From the NCBI GenBank assembly GCA_000708835.1, contig DF237310.1, forward strand, positions 1-64,000: DNA of 64,000 bases, given 5' to 3'. This stretch comes from Klebsormidium nitens (Eukaryota > Plantae > Klebsormidiophyceae). Below, one piece after another: positions 47,594-59,632 of this stretch. A program made the position numbers and the translations under genes. The notes beneath the pieces are model-generated. The model saw nothing but the letters and a program-made list of their open reading frames with translations, was not told where the DNA came from and did no database searches. Numbering within the stretch: the stretch's first letter is position 1; each line of letters begins with the position of its first letter.

Positions 47594-47787
47594 TGTCAGA
47601 ACGGAAGGAAAGAGAACAGGGACTCCCGGCAGACTGCGTAGGACGCCCTTCAACTATAACCCCTTCGACGGTCAGAATCAGTGAATCCAGTCAACCCAGA
47701 CCGTCGATCCTAGGGGGTTATAGCTAGGAGGGGTCCCTTACGTCGGCTTGGGAGTCCACGTACGTTCTCCCTTCTTCCGTTCTGTCA
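47594..47787. mobile_element. Fold-back dispersed repeat, copy 2 (intergenic)
   Basis: TGTCAGAACGGAAG...CTTCCGTTCTGTCA. The inner arms pair: ggactccc/gggagtcc, ctataacccc/ggggttatag, tcgacggtc/gaccgtcga. Confidence 0.65.
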
Positions 47788-48295
47788 ATAAGAGTTCAGT
47801 GTCGTGCATATACGTGTGCATCTGGCACTCAAATCCATGTGCCTGCAACCGACCTCGGGATCAGCTGCATCGGTTCAGTAGCATGTGACGGTCCAATATT
47901 GGTTGGGAATGACTAGTAATGCGGCAATGTACACCATCCGTTCAAGATGGTCATTGGGTCATGCCTGAATAATCCACATGTGAAAAGCTAGCTTGAAAGT
48001 GAGCCTAGATTGAAATCAAGCTCAATCAGACCGATGTACATGCAACCTTTATACACCATCATGCACAAACATGATCTTCAACAACAAAAAAAGAAGAATA
48101 TCAAATTTTGACCACATCAAACGAGCACCCATCATGCCTACCTAATTTTCTCTCAAGTCAAGTTGTGTTTTTCCGAAATACTTTCTGCGACTTCCATAAG
48201 TGTGCTGTCGATTATTGCAGTAACAAAACAATCTGCCGCAAATGTGCAACAGCTTGACTTATTGCGTTGACTTGCGTCGACAAGAACTGCACTTA

Positions 48296-50980
48296 TCAGT
48301 GCACCCACGTAGACCTCCCTTCCAAACCCAGCCCGTTCGCAGTAGGCAGCTTCCAACTGGACCGACATGCTTTGCCGCTAACCCCACGGCCCTTTACTCG
48401 GCTTGGCGTCCAGCCCAGCTCCTCTGCCCTTCCCGAGAACAGGTCGAAAACCCCCAAGCCAGCAACACATCCGGCTGCCGGCGCCTCCAAGTCGCCCTCC
48501 GCTTTCATCCTCTCCGCTCTCCTAACATCCGCGTGAACTCTTGCCGGCTGCTGCACTGCCGTCGCTCTGACGAAAGGCGTCCCTCCCCCTGGCGAACTTG
48601 CCGCCATTTGCCGCTGCGCTGCCGCTTTCTGCTGCAACCTGTACCGCTCCCCACGCGACCCAATCACCTGCCCCAGGATCGCCGCTAAAATCGTGAGCAC
48701 CATTGCCGTCTTGGGGATAAGCACCGCCTTCCTCAGCATCGCCACGAACGGAACCGCCGCGTGCACCGCCACGAACCACTCCGGCGAGAACTTCTCGACA
48801 TGCTCCCTCCACATCCCGAGAGGCACATTCACCGCTAGTGTGGAACCCCCCACCGCGAGCAGCTTCCATTCCAGGGGCTGGGGGCGCAACTGCCGGATGG
48901 GGGGGGTTTTGGAAAGGGCAACCCTGGCAGCAATGATGGGGGCGGGACAGCTGAGTTTGATGTTCTGGGGGTTGCGGAAGAGCTCGGTTGCTGCGGGGGC
49001 CAGTTCCATGATCACACGGTGCATCTTGGCGATGGGGCAGTTGCTTGTGCTGAGCCACTCCTTGGCATCCACCGGCTCTCCGTGGACGTGCTGCTGCAAG
49101 AGACGCACGGGAGGGGGGGTCAAGGGATGGAGAAAGGGATGCAGCAGCCAGTGGGTTACTTGCATTGGGCGAGCAAGATCGCTCAGGAGAGCGATTCTGA
49201 TGCAGGCCTTAAGAACATTAGTATTTGACTGCTCAAATACTCCTCATGCGGAAGCAAAAAGGCATTAAAGGCAGCAACTTCTTCATTCCCTAATCACAGA
49301 TTGAGGGGACAGCACACGGCGAGCGATGAGGTCATTGCACTGTATTGAAAGACAACGTCAGAGACACAAATGCCCGACGCTGGCAAAATCACTACTTTCA
49401 AGTTGACTCTAATATCCTTTAGACAACTTCCATCCGTGCATGCACAGCTCAAGCAAAACCACAGGAGCACGCGATGGTGCAAACAAGCAGAACGACGCAC
49501 CTGCGTAGGCGCTTCTGGCGCAGCAACTGCCTTCGCAGGCTTTGCTCTTGCCTTCGCTTGTTGAGGTTTTGGACCAATCCCAATCTCTGCTCTAGTCTTC
49601 AGAGTCTCTGACTGCGAAGCAGGCTCTCTACCACCAGTTGATGCCTCAAGGCGTCTGCTGCTCTTTGCTGGTTCCGGGCGACCAGATTTTGCTGGTTCTG
49701 GCTGTGTACGCTTATTTCTGGCAGCCATGAAACCATCCCAGCTGAAAGGGTTGGGAGCCTGCAAGGCGAGCCAACGAGAGGGTCATTGAGGTGGCACTTA
49801 CCATCAAAATGTACGTGCTCGGAAATATGCATCCAACACAGTCACAATACAGGATTTTACAATTCGTTAGTGCAAATAGCAACATGCCCCAAGTAGCATT
49901 CTGTGCACTTTAGGTATCGTACGGTCCACATCATTGAGGTAACATCCTGCTTGATCTTGAGGAGTCCTCGAGAACGAACGAGACTCAATGGACGATAGAC
50001 AAAGGTGTCCACAAGGTGTAAATCACTCACCCCTCCCCCAAAGGCAGAGATGCTGATTGTGGCTGCAGATGCGGCAAGTGGATGCTGAGCAGTCCGCGGA
50101 CCATCTAGGGCTTGTGTTCTAGGACACGCCCTATCTTTAGCCCTTGCTGGAGCCTCAGACTTGTCCAACTGCTCTGAGAACCTTGCCAACGGAACAACTC
50201 CCCCAGAACCATGGAACAATCTGCGATCAACAGAAAGACAAGCCACCAAGTCAAATGGAAGTCACAGTGCATGCCCTATGAATATTGAGCAAGATCCAAA
50301 TTGCTGAAGTGCTGAGAACCCCCACCTCCTGAGCATGTGACAAAATACAAGTTGATATCACGTCAATGAATCCCACCATGGCAAGATCAAGTGTGAAAAT
50401 GGCCTCATTCAGGAACCAGGCCAAGCAAACCAGGCCATGCAGACAAACCTGCGACAACATCACAGCGACATCCTTGCCACATGCCTTGCCACTTATGCCT
50501 CTTCTTGACTTCCGAGAGAAAAACTTAGGGCAAAGAACTTGCAGCTCTCTGCATCATACCTGCCTGCAACTTCTCTGCATCAAACCTGCCAATGGATTTG
50601 GCTGTCGAACCCTCCGAGGATGGTTCCTGGGCTTCAACCCTTTTATTGACATTGACGATGAGAAAGCCATCTAACGGCCCAAGATCACGAACCATGCTCA
50701 ATAATTTGGACCCATGACGCAAACAGCTTGTAGCTGCCGCAGCTCACGTCCTTCCAAAATCTCACCTTAGTGTTGACTCAAAATTTGGCTCGTCACAGAA
50801 GATGGGGCCCCGCTGCGCAGGGCACTGGCCTTGAGCCCTATCTTTGGTTGCCGAAGGTCCGCCGGGGGCCTTTGCAAGATCCACATTGGTGTCCTTCATG
50901 ATTGACCTAAGAAAAGGACACGCCTGCACCCCCATCGATATGACGTCCATCCCTTCTGCAGCTCCTTTGAGAAACTCCAT
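48296..50980 (-). CDS. NHR2-like protein (At4g25030/At5g45410 type)
   Basis: Exons ~50980-50766, 50220-50031, 49758-49501 and 49093-48296, with consistent phases. Motifs recalled for the family: CPFLRSI, RGPIFCDEPNFESTLRLFHG..GVVPL, HPLAASAATISISAFG, EWLSTSNCPIAK, LRPQPL, NVPLGMWREHVEKFSPEWFVAVHAAVPF, LGQVIGSRGER. The start codon and the extreme C-terminus are uncertain. Confidence 0.8.
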
Positions 50981-51524
50981 CCCCAATTTAGCTTGGAGTC
51001 CAACTGGCAACTGCTGGTATGCCTTTCCTGTCTGGTCCCCAAGGAAAGCGTTCACAAGGGTGACGCCTCTACTCTATGAAACCATTAACAAATTTGAAAA
51101 CGACCGGCTCCAACCTTCACTGCACTTTGCACCCCTTGCAAGCAACCTTGCTCTTGTCCCTGGACCTGGCTCCTGTGGACTGATGTCACTTTGAGAGAAA
51201 GGGAGGCGTTCGCAGGGAGAACAAGTTGAAGGGAACTCTGTGTCCCGGCCTGCCTACTACTAGGACAAAGGCCCAGGGCCAGGGTTGCTTCAGGTTGCTT
51301 CCTCCGAAACCAAGCATGTGATACTTGACTCAAGTCTTGAGCCTGCTTGAGCTGCAACTGGTCAATGACGCGTCCAATAGGGTTATGGCTAGTGTTACAT
51401 TCGAGACAGTCGAAAACTGAACCGAGGCAAATTTTGGGGTTAACAAACGAGAATGGAGATTTGCTGGCCCGTGGGAATCTCTAGAGGTTGCGGCGTGTTG
51501 TTGACATCAGCCCGATCAGGCGCG

Positions 51525-51743
51525 CAGGGATTCCCACAACTGGCAGCCTGGGGCGGACCTGGCTGGCCGGGAAAGGACCCTGGCTGGTGCCGAAGGCACC
51601 CCGCCAGCTCGGTAGCTGGTAAAATCGACAGGTCCGTAGGGCACTCAGCTGGCCGGTAGAGCCAACCGCCTACCACCCAGCTGGTACAACCGGGGGGCTG
51701 CCTGTGGCTGGCTGGCCGGGACGAAAGTCCATGGGAATCCCTG
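51525..51743. mobile_element. MITE, 219 bp, with 12-bp TIRs and an apparent 10-bp TSD
   Basis: TIRs cagggattccca (51525-51536) / tgggaatccctg (51732-51743). The flanks are atcaggcgcg (51515-51524) and atcaggcgtg (51744-51753). Confidence 0.75.
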
Positions 51744-52585
51744 ATCAGGCGTGCAGTTTGAGATCGTGAATTAATTTGACCAGTATTTATTAGGTCTTAG
51801 AATCATGCTTGGGGTCAGCGCGAAAATGGGAGAAGCAATCGACGGTTCAGACCACGGGTTTTTGCCACATGGTACTAGAACATGTTAAATGAACGGCTTT
51901 GAATGCAGGTTCGTGTACCCTAGAATCAAAGAGGTGTTCTGAAATGCCAGGCCCTATTGACGACCACTGCTTGCATCATGCAGTTGCATATGCAGTGCTG
52001 AGATGCACTCGAGATCTTGATTCAAGAGTCTTCTAGAAAACCTCGGGGCAGGGGGATCGCCCCGCTACCGCGGCGTATACCGCCTCGTAGGACTGCGGCC
52101 GGATCACATGCACAACATGCAGAATGGTGCTGACTCCTGAGAATCCAAGTGAGCTAGGTAGCTGGAGATGCCGCGCCGATCGAGGGAGTCATGAGCTGCT
52201 GGCAGTTCCTGCAATGCTGTGATCTTTTCGCCTTGAAAGTCAAGCTGACGGATTGATGAGACAGTCGCCCCTTCCATCATCTTGCTTTTCGTGAAGCTCA
52301 GCTGAATATTGCTGCAGTTTGGACTGAAGAAGCTCGTTCCTCAAAGAGTCCCCAACAAGAGAGGAGACTTCTCTTACTTTTGCTTGGCGTCTGCGCAATT
52401 GAGTCTTAGTTGCACGGATCGATAGCACAGTCGATGTTTAGCAGCATCTCTGAAGTCAGAGCCCTGATCGCACCTCTGATCGTGCAAACAGGCTTGCACT
52501 GATAGCAGCACCGTCAAGATCAAAGTTACAACTCCAACTTGGTTGTGAAAAGGAGGTTGCTTTGCAGTGTCAAATTTCTGCAACA

Positions 52586-55500
52586 ATGAAGGCGGTGGTT
52601 ATCACCAAGGCTGGCGGGCCGGAGGTTCTGCAATTGCAGGATGTGCCGGCCCCTGAGCTGAAGTCCAACGAAGTGATGATCAAGGTCAAGGCAGCGGGAA
52701 TCAACGGGGCAGACAAAATGCAGAGGCACGGGCAGTACCCCGTCCCACCAGGTGGGGGGGATCTCTTTTATTTCTGATTCAAGCTGGAAAGGTTACTTTC
52801 GTTCTTGGATACTTTTTGAGAGGAGTTTTTGGAAAACCACCCGGTGTTTGAGGGAGGATTTTTGGTTCAAAGGGAGGCTACTTTTGTATAAGAAGGCTAT
52901 TCAGTCCAAAAAAAGGCGTCAGCTTGGTTTTTCGCAGACCATGTTGGGTTTGATATCAATGATCATCAATCTCAGTTATTTGGCAGTCAATGCTGCTCTT
53001 GCACCTTTGCCCCTCACTGGAAGAGCTTCAGTTCCTTTGAGTGTACGCCTTTGCTTAAGTCTCCTAAGGCCCTAATGACTGCTTCTATCGCTGATTGATA
53101 GACACAGCAGTAGTGCACTCGTATGAACGGGGCTAGCAAGTGCAAGCAATGTGCTGCTTTCTTCTCTTAGCTCCATGCATTGCCCCCCCCAGACTTTGAC
53201 TGGCCTCTTGAATTACTGGCTCAACAGTAAATTGTGTTTCTATAGGGTGTGCCCTTCCATACAGGTGGGTCTCTTTACCCCGGGCTTGAGGTCAGTGGGA
53301 CAATTGAGGAGGTGGGCAAGGAAGTCAAGGGGTGGAAGGCAGGCGATGAGGTGTGCGCACTCCTGGTGGGGGGTGGGTATGCTGAGCGAGTCAACGTTCC
53401 TGCGGGACAGGTGAGAAAGGTTTACTCGCAAACATCGCAGAGATCACTCCACAAAGGTCTGAAAAGTGTGCATTGTTTGGGGTTAAGTCTTGACTACCAA
53501 ATGATTCATCTGCTTCTTCTGCGAAGAGACTGGCTGACTTGTTGAATTGGTTTCACCTCATCAAGACGCATGCATGCGTCCTGGTATGGGCGTTCTGGTT
53601 GCCTGTTCTTAGAAGCAGGTTGCAAATTGTTGTCCGGATGCCCATCCCATTCGAGCATCTGGTCACCAGAGTGACAAAGGATTTCGAACTGCTCGCAGCT
53701 ACTCCCCATCCCAAAGGGCGTCTCTCTGGTTGACGCCACAGGCCTGCCGGAGGTCTCGTGCACTGTGTGGAGCGTTGTGTTTATGGCGGCGAAGTTACAG
53801 GAAGGCGAGAACTTCCTTATTCATGGTGAGCACGTTCCAATATCTGTCCCCATGTGCATCATTGGAAGTTTCCATGGCCGTTCTAGGCCTTTTCCTGTCA
53901 TTCTCTTTTCGATCCTGTGTGCGCGATGAATAATTATCGTCCGCTGTCTCATCAAAGACCTTTATCTGAGTTGCTCCAAATGGGTAATCTGGTGGAGTTT
54001 GGGCCTTCTTTCGTGGGGACAGTAATAAATAAACATCCCCTTCGGTTGGTTGTGCAGGGGGTTCCAGCGGCGTCGGGACGTTTGCCATTCAGATGGCCAA
54101 ATACAAGGGGGCCAAAGTGCTCGTGACGGCAGGCAAGTTTCTAACACGAGGCTCTCTTGAAACTTTGCGATTTTAGCATAGCACATGGACGTTTCTGAAC
54201 GAGAATGTTACAGGGCGCACTTTGCAGAGGGAGTGGTTTCGTGACGTGGGCCTGACTTAATTTTGATACCCAGCGTCCCGAGTTTCGGAGGTACATCAAC
54301 AGATTTAAATGGTTCAAAACACGAATTACGTTCATAACTCGGAGTCGCGTTCAGCTCCAAACTTGGTGTACTTTGCCCGTTTTGTCTTTACCCTTCTTTC
54401 TGTCTTTCCTAGTTCTTCTCATCTCGCTCTTTGATAGACCCCTGATACCTTGCCTCTTGTAAAGACCGCTTAGCTGATGTTTCTGGACTTGTCTTGACTA
54501 TCTTGCGCATTTCACGATTAATCAGCAACCCGTATGTCGTTGCAGAAAACCGGTTTTTAGGTCAGCCGGACACTTGCTGACGTCGTTCAGGGTCTAGGAG
54601 TACTCTTGACGTCACTCCTGCTTTGGTTTTCGGGTGGGATCTCGTTGACAACCTGCGCTGCACGCCGCTTTTTGTCACCCTGACGTCACACTGCCGTCAC
54701 GCAGGCTCGGACGAGAAGCTCCAGGCGTGCAAGGAGCTGGGTGCTGACGTGGCCATCAACTACAAGTCGGAGGACTGGGTGGCCCGGGTGAAGCACGAGA
54801 CCGGCGGGAAGGGCGCTGACGTCATCCTGGACGTCATGGGCGCGCCTTACCTGAGCAAGAACACGGAGAGCCTGGCGCCCGACGGGCGGCTCATCGTTCT
54901 GGGGCTGCAGGGAGGCGCGGTGAGTGTTCTTGGCTGGACAAGGGTTTGCCAAAACTGAACTTTTGGTGCGATCGTGTTTGGTCAAGAAGCCAAAGGAACA
55001 GCTTGAGCACAAGCATGAGCGCCCGGTAAGAGGACGAGTTGCCGGACACCATCCAGTGACTATGACCAACCGATGAGTGTTGACCGGTGACTGAAGATCG
55101 AGGACCTCTGTGTGCGGATCACTGTGAATTCGCTGAGTGTAACTGTGCTTCTTGCTTGAAATGGTGCTTACTCGCCAGGTGACTTGTGACTACGCGAGTC
55201 GACTTGCATTTCCGATAGACAAAGTAAAAGTGAGAAGGAGTTTTGCGTTACGTCTGGGTCTTGATGCCGTCCTGTGCTGATGATTTTTCTGCTCTCAAAA
55301 GTTTTGCGCCAAGAATTGTCTCGTTGGGCGTGGCTTCAGCAGACTTGATCAAATGTACGCTGTCGTTTCAGGGCGTACGATGTTCAATCTTCAAGCTGTC
55401 CGGGTCCATCAAGTACTTCTTTTTTCATTCAAGTCAAAGACACCCTGCTTGGTCTAGGATAAATTTTTTAGTCATTGTACGCCGCCGTTATCTCTAGTTC

Positions 55501-55901
55501 CTTCCACAAATATCCGGTCTTGTCCCTCCATTGTTCTCGTCTCCCCATGCAAGTTGCTAGTTCATTTTTCAGGAGGTTGCCGTCAGGTTTGAGGATTGCT
55601 CTCTATCGGCCACTAACTTGTTCCTTGTTCCTGGCCCTCTCTCCACTCACAGACCGGAGAGATCAACCTGGGCGCCCTGCTCGCCAAGCGTGCGACCATT
55701 TTCGTGCTCGCTCTCCGCTCGCGCCCGCTCGAGCAGAAGGCGCACATTGTGGAAGAAGTCCGCCGGAATGTGTGGCCAGCAATCGAGGCTGGGAAAGTGA
55801 AGCCAGTCATTGATAGGACGTTCGAGCTGAAAGACGTGGTCAAGGCGCACGAGTGGGTCGACAGCAGCGGGCATATTGGGAAGGTGCTGCTGCTGGTCTA
55901 G
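52586..55901 (+). CDS. PIG3/zeta-crystallin-type NADPH:quinone oxidoreductase (MDR family), 325 aa
   Basis: Exons 52586-52751, 53265-53410, 53699-53825, 54058-54132, 54705-54919 and 55653-55901 (978 nt). Motifs: MKAVVITKAGGPEVLQLQDV, YPGLEVSG, LVGGGYAE, PEVSCTVW, IHGGSSGVGTFAIQ, GADVILD, HIGKVLL. Intron 4 has a GC donor. Confidence 0.95.
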
Positions 55902-57268
55902 TGGATTGAAATACTCTGGATTGGTAATATGACTACATTGCTCGCTCTACAATTTTGCACGCGCGTACTGGTAGAGATCATGTATTGAACGTCTGTCCGC
56001 TTGCTTCTGTGTCAAGACAGTCTGGACGAATCTTGGAAGTTTTGGCCGCGGTCAGTAAGCCGCATAGAAGGAGGTGTAATCTGCCGGTTGCATGCGTTGC
56101 TATAGCTTCGCCAGGCTTGCATGCTGACCATTGCTGTCAATATGCTCTGTACAACATACCATATTCTGATTGAAGTAGAAGGCATCGACCTAGAGCTAAG
56201 AGTTTGTGTAGGCATGTATAACTCAGATACGGTTGGCAGACTTGCAAGCTTGCGGCGCGTATATGCGATTTTAATTTGAAAGTGAACACTCAATTCAGTC
56301 CCTAGCTCAGACACGATGGCCATGCACCGTCGATCTTCAACGACCGCCCATGTGCCTTTCCATGCCGCCTTGATGGACCATATTTATAGCTTTCATTTGT
56401 GTTTGCCAGTTGATTGAAGGTGCATATGCTAGCGGGGCTCCTAGTTGCGCAAATTTAGCTCGTTTAATTCCTTGCAACGCAAGCGTCATCATTCATATGT
56501 CGGATGGCAACACGAGATTTCGAAGATGCAAGCAAAATATCTATATTTATATATGGGCCCTCTTATGGGTGTAGTGTTTTGCTGCCTGATCGAGGAGCTC
56601 GATAAGCATGCCAGCAATATCGTTTGCATGTTGACAAGCTGGAAATCGAACCATGAGGCAAACACTGCAATGTAAGACGTGATGAACATAATACCGTCTT
56701 GATTGATACGAAGGTGCGCAATATTGCTGTAACTATCGGATGCTCATGCAGCATGCATTTGGTGCAGCGTTCTAAAGTCACAGAGTGTTTAAGCGTGTGA
56801 CCATATCTGCTGATCGAGCTCGACTGCCGTACGTAGCTTGCCCACAGGCATGAGAAATATTACCACTTGCACTGAGGTGGGCAAGTCCAGCCTGCCCGCC
56901 AACAACGCATGTCAGCTCCAAGGGCTCGTTTCAGGCAATAAACAACCGGCAATTCTAACACCTCAGGTCGTTAGTTGTGACGCTGATGATTACCTACGGT
57001 CACCAACAGAGGACAATCAAAGACTTAGACTAAGACCAGGAGCTATACGCAGCTTGCGTGCATGCGTACGAGAACGACCGAATCGGCTGAAACTATACCA
57101 GAGAGCCGCCGTTTGGTCGCTATACGTTTCCCTGGATCCGTAAGCGATGACGACTTAGGGGATCTCAGCAAGGATCTCGGCAGATCTGGAATTGAAGCGA
57201 CTCATCAGAAGATGGTCGCTGGCCTCATTCTTTGGACGCTCTGACAAGGTACCGCGCAAGGGGACGCA

Positions 57269-59632
57269 CTAGTGGTCCCCGCTCGCGCATCCCCGGCAAC
57301 CGCAATGGGTGCACTCGATCACTTTCTCCTCCCGCGACTTGTTGGGGACTCGACAGATGCACGTGGTTCCGAAGTTGGTGTCCTTCGGTTGTATGCACCG
57401 TAGACAGCATAGCCGCTCGTATCCCGACTGCAAAAAGAGGAGTTAGATTGTTAGGTCCAAAAGAAAGAGCGTTCTTTGAAGGGTTGTTTGCCACCTGAGG
57501 TCGAGTCAAGCCGACGCGACTCTTAAAAAGGCTGTGGACGACACCTGCAAAAGATTGTGGGGAGTGGAGGCGTCGTTCGAAAGGCCAGTCAACGGATGAC
57601 AGCTCGGGACTCGACGCAGGACAAACAGGGAGCTTTGCAGCCGTCATTTCAAACGTTGACATGGACATACGACGCAAAAAGTCACCCTCTCTGGGGCCTG
57701 CGTGCGGGCCCGAGAAACAAGGATACTTCAGCTGACACGGCAATCGATCAGCCGACGGCACTCAAGACAAACCGACTTCAAGTCTGGGTCAGTTTGTACA
57801 AAGACTTTAGCACTTGACGGAAGCCAATATCACGAAATGGTAAGGCAAACCTTCATCCAGACCAGGCCCCGTAATCCTACGCTTTTTTGCACTCAAACGA
57901 CCAAAGGGCCGCTTACAGCTCGAGTCAAGACCCCCTTACGTGAATCAGTTTCACAAGCTTTCCGTCCTTGCAGGAGTTCAACAAGCTCTAAACACACGAA
58001 TCTCGACTTGCTTCGGAAGGTGACCGCCTCAAGCGGCCACTGAGTGACTGCACCTGCCTCGTCAGCGAAAAAGTGCTCAAGGTTGGCGCTCACTGAACTC
58101 AAGTGTGTAGATCAGGTGGAAAAGCGGGACTGAACCTGCAGTCAGGACCACAGCAGGAATTTTGCGTCCAGAAATTCTCACCTTTTTCCACTTGGCTATG
58201 AGCGCCTTGTCAGCATACCCCTGTGCGAGGCAGAACTCGTACAGGTCCCGCGAGATCTCCTTCCGCTTGTAAAAGAGGTCGTAGATGAACTTGCTCTTCT
58301 GATGCGTCAGCTTAAAGATGGGCCACAGGGCCTCGCACTTGCGCTTGCCCTCGTGCGTCTCCAGCTCCGCTGCAGAAGGAGTTCGGTTATGGTTAACCTT
58401 GATGAATTCTCGTCAGGGGCTGCGTCTGATCTAGTTCCTGCTTCGCACTTGCGCTTGCCCTCGTGCGTCTCCAGCTCCGCTGCAGAAGGAGTTCGGATAT
58501 CGTTAACCTTGTTGATTTCTCGTCAAGGGCTGTGCCTAATCTGGTTTCTGCTTCGCACTTGCGCTTGCCCTCGTGCGTCTCCAGCTCCGCTGCAGAAATG
58601 GTAGGGGTAGCTTTAACCTTGATGGATTTTCGAGGGCTGCGTCCGATCTGGTTTCTGCTTCGCACTTGCGCTTGCCCTCGTGCGTTTCCAGCTCCGCTAA
58701 AGCAAGGAATGTGTTGATCAGGTCGGGTTCCTCCCTGGATGGATCATCGACACCGCTGCGGCAGAAAGTGAATCGTTGTCAACCCCAGTTCAAAAAGTCC
58801 TGGTCTATCGAGGTCACCCTCATCTGCTTCAAGAATCTACTTATGAAAAAGGAAGCGTCTCGGACTTGCTCTCGCTCGTTCATCACCGGAACCGCTGCAG
58901 AAGACAACGTCGCACGTGATGGTCCTGCTCCCGAATGCAAGATCAAGGGCACCATCACTATTGGCTTCTACTGCTTTGGTTTCAAAAGGAGCGGCCGCAA
59001 GAGTCTCTCGTGAGTCCCGTCTTCACTGGCGCAAGAAGCACGGGATGTATTCATTGCTTCTGCATTTACGACTGCCTCAACTTTATCCCTGAATGCAGGG
59101 ACGGAGATGCATCTTGGCCATGAACCCTGAAATTAGCTCGAAAAATCAAAGAAAAATTTCGACTCACGAAGGACATGACCGTATGGAACAATGTGTGCAG
59201 CGGGACTTCGTGGCTTCTCAAAATTGGCAAAGCAGATCCTTGCAACCTTATAGACCAATCACACAAGGTCCCAAGATACTTCTGAAGTAACAAAGCGCCC
59301 CGAATGAAGCGAGACATTTCTTCCGACGCCCGTGTCTGCGAGAGGACCTTTGTATAGTCGTGGGAAACTAAACCACCAATTCATCAAAAAGAACCAAGTG
59401 TTCGGCGAACGAGCCAAACAGATAAGAGCACCGTTCTGCCATCTTTTGCAAAACTTTGGAGGGCTTGATCCACCATTTGGAAAGACGTGCTTACAGAAGT
59501 GTGAAGACAAGAAATCAATCAGAGGTACGGCGCCTCACCTTCCCGCATCTTCTGTTCCAACTCCTGCATCGTCGGTTCGATGAGCTCCCAGCCATCGGGG
59601 TACTTGAGCTTGGACGTTCGCACCTTCGGCAT
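57269..59632 (-). CDS. BUD31: BUD31/G10 spliceosome-associated protein, 146 aa
   Basis: Exons 59632-59539, 58369-58182 and 57427-57269 (441 nt). Translation: [146 protein letters not shown]. It carries the conserved Cys-rich zinc cluster. Confidence 0.97.
58380..58700 (-). repeat. Three ~110-bp echo copies of the BUD31 exon 2 acceptor end
   Basis: cttcgcacttgcgcttgccctcgtgcgt.tccagctccgct occurs at 58441, 58551 and 58658, versus the functional copy at 58331. Confidence 0.92.

Noticed and set aside
47650-47665. actataac similarity to a homing-endonuclease or rDNA site
   Set aside because: The match is too short and is explained as one arm of the fold-back element. There is no rRNA sequence nearby.
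52030-52065. Hairpin plus CTAG (minus strand) as a Helitron 3' end
   Set aside because: CTAG is followed by A rather than the expected T, and no 5' TC end or second copy was found.
57062-58043. Plus-strand ORFs and the 178-aa minus ORF near 57225-57761
   Set aside because: They overlap BUD31 exon 3 and intron 2 in other frames and have no recognisable motifs.
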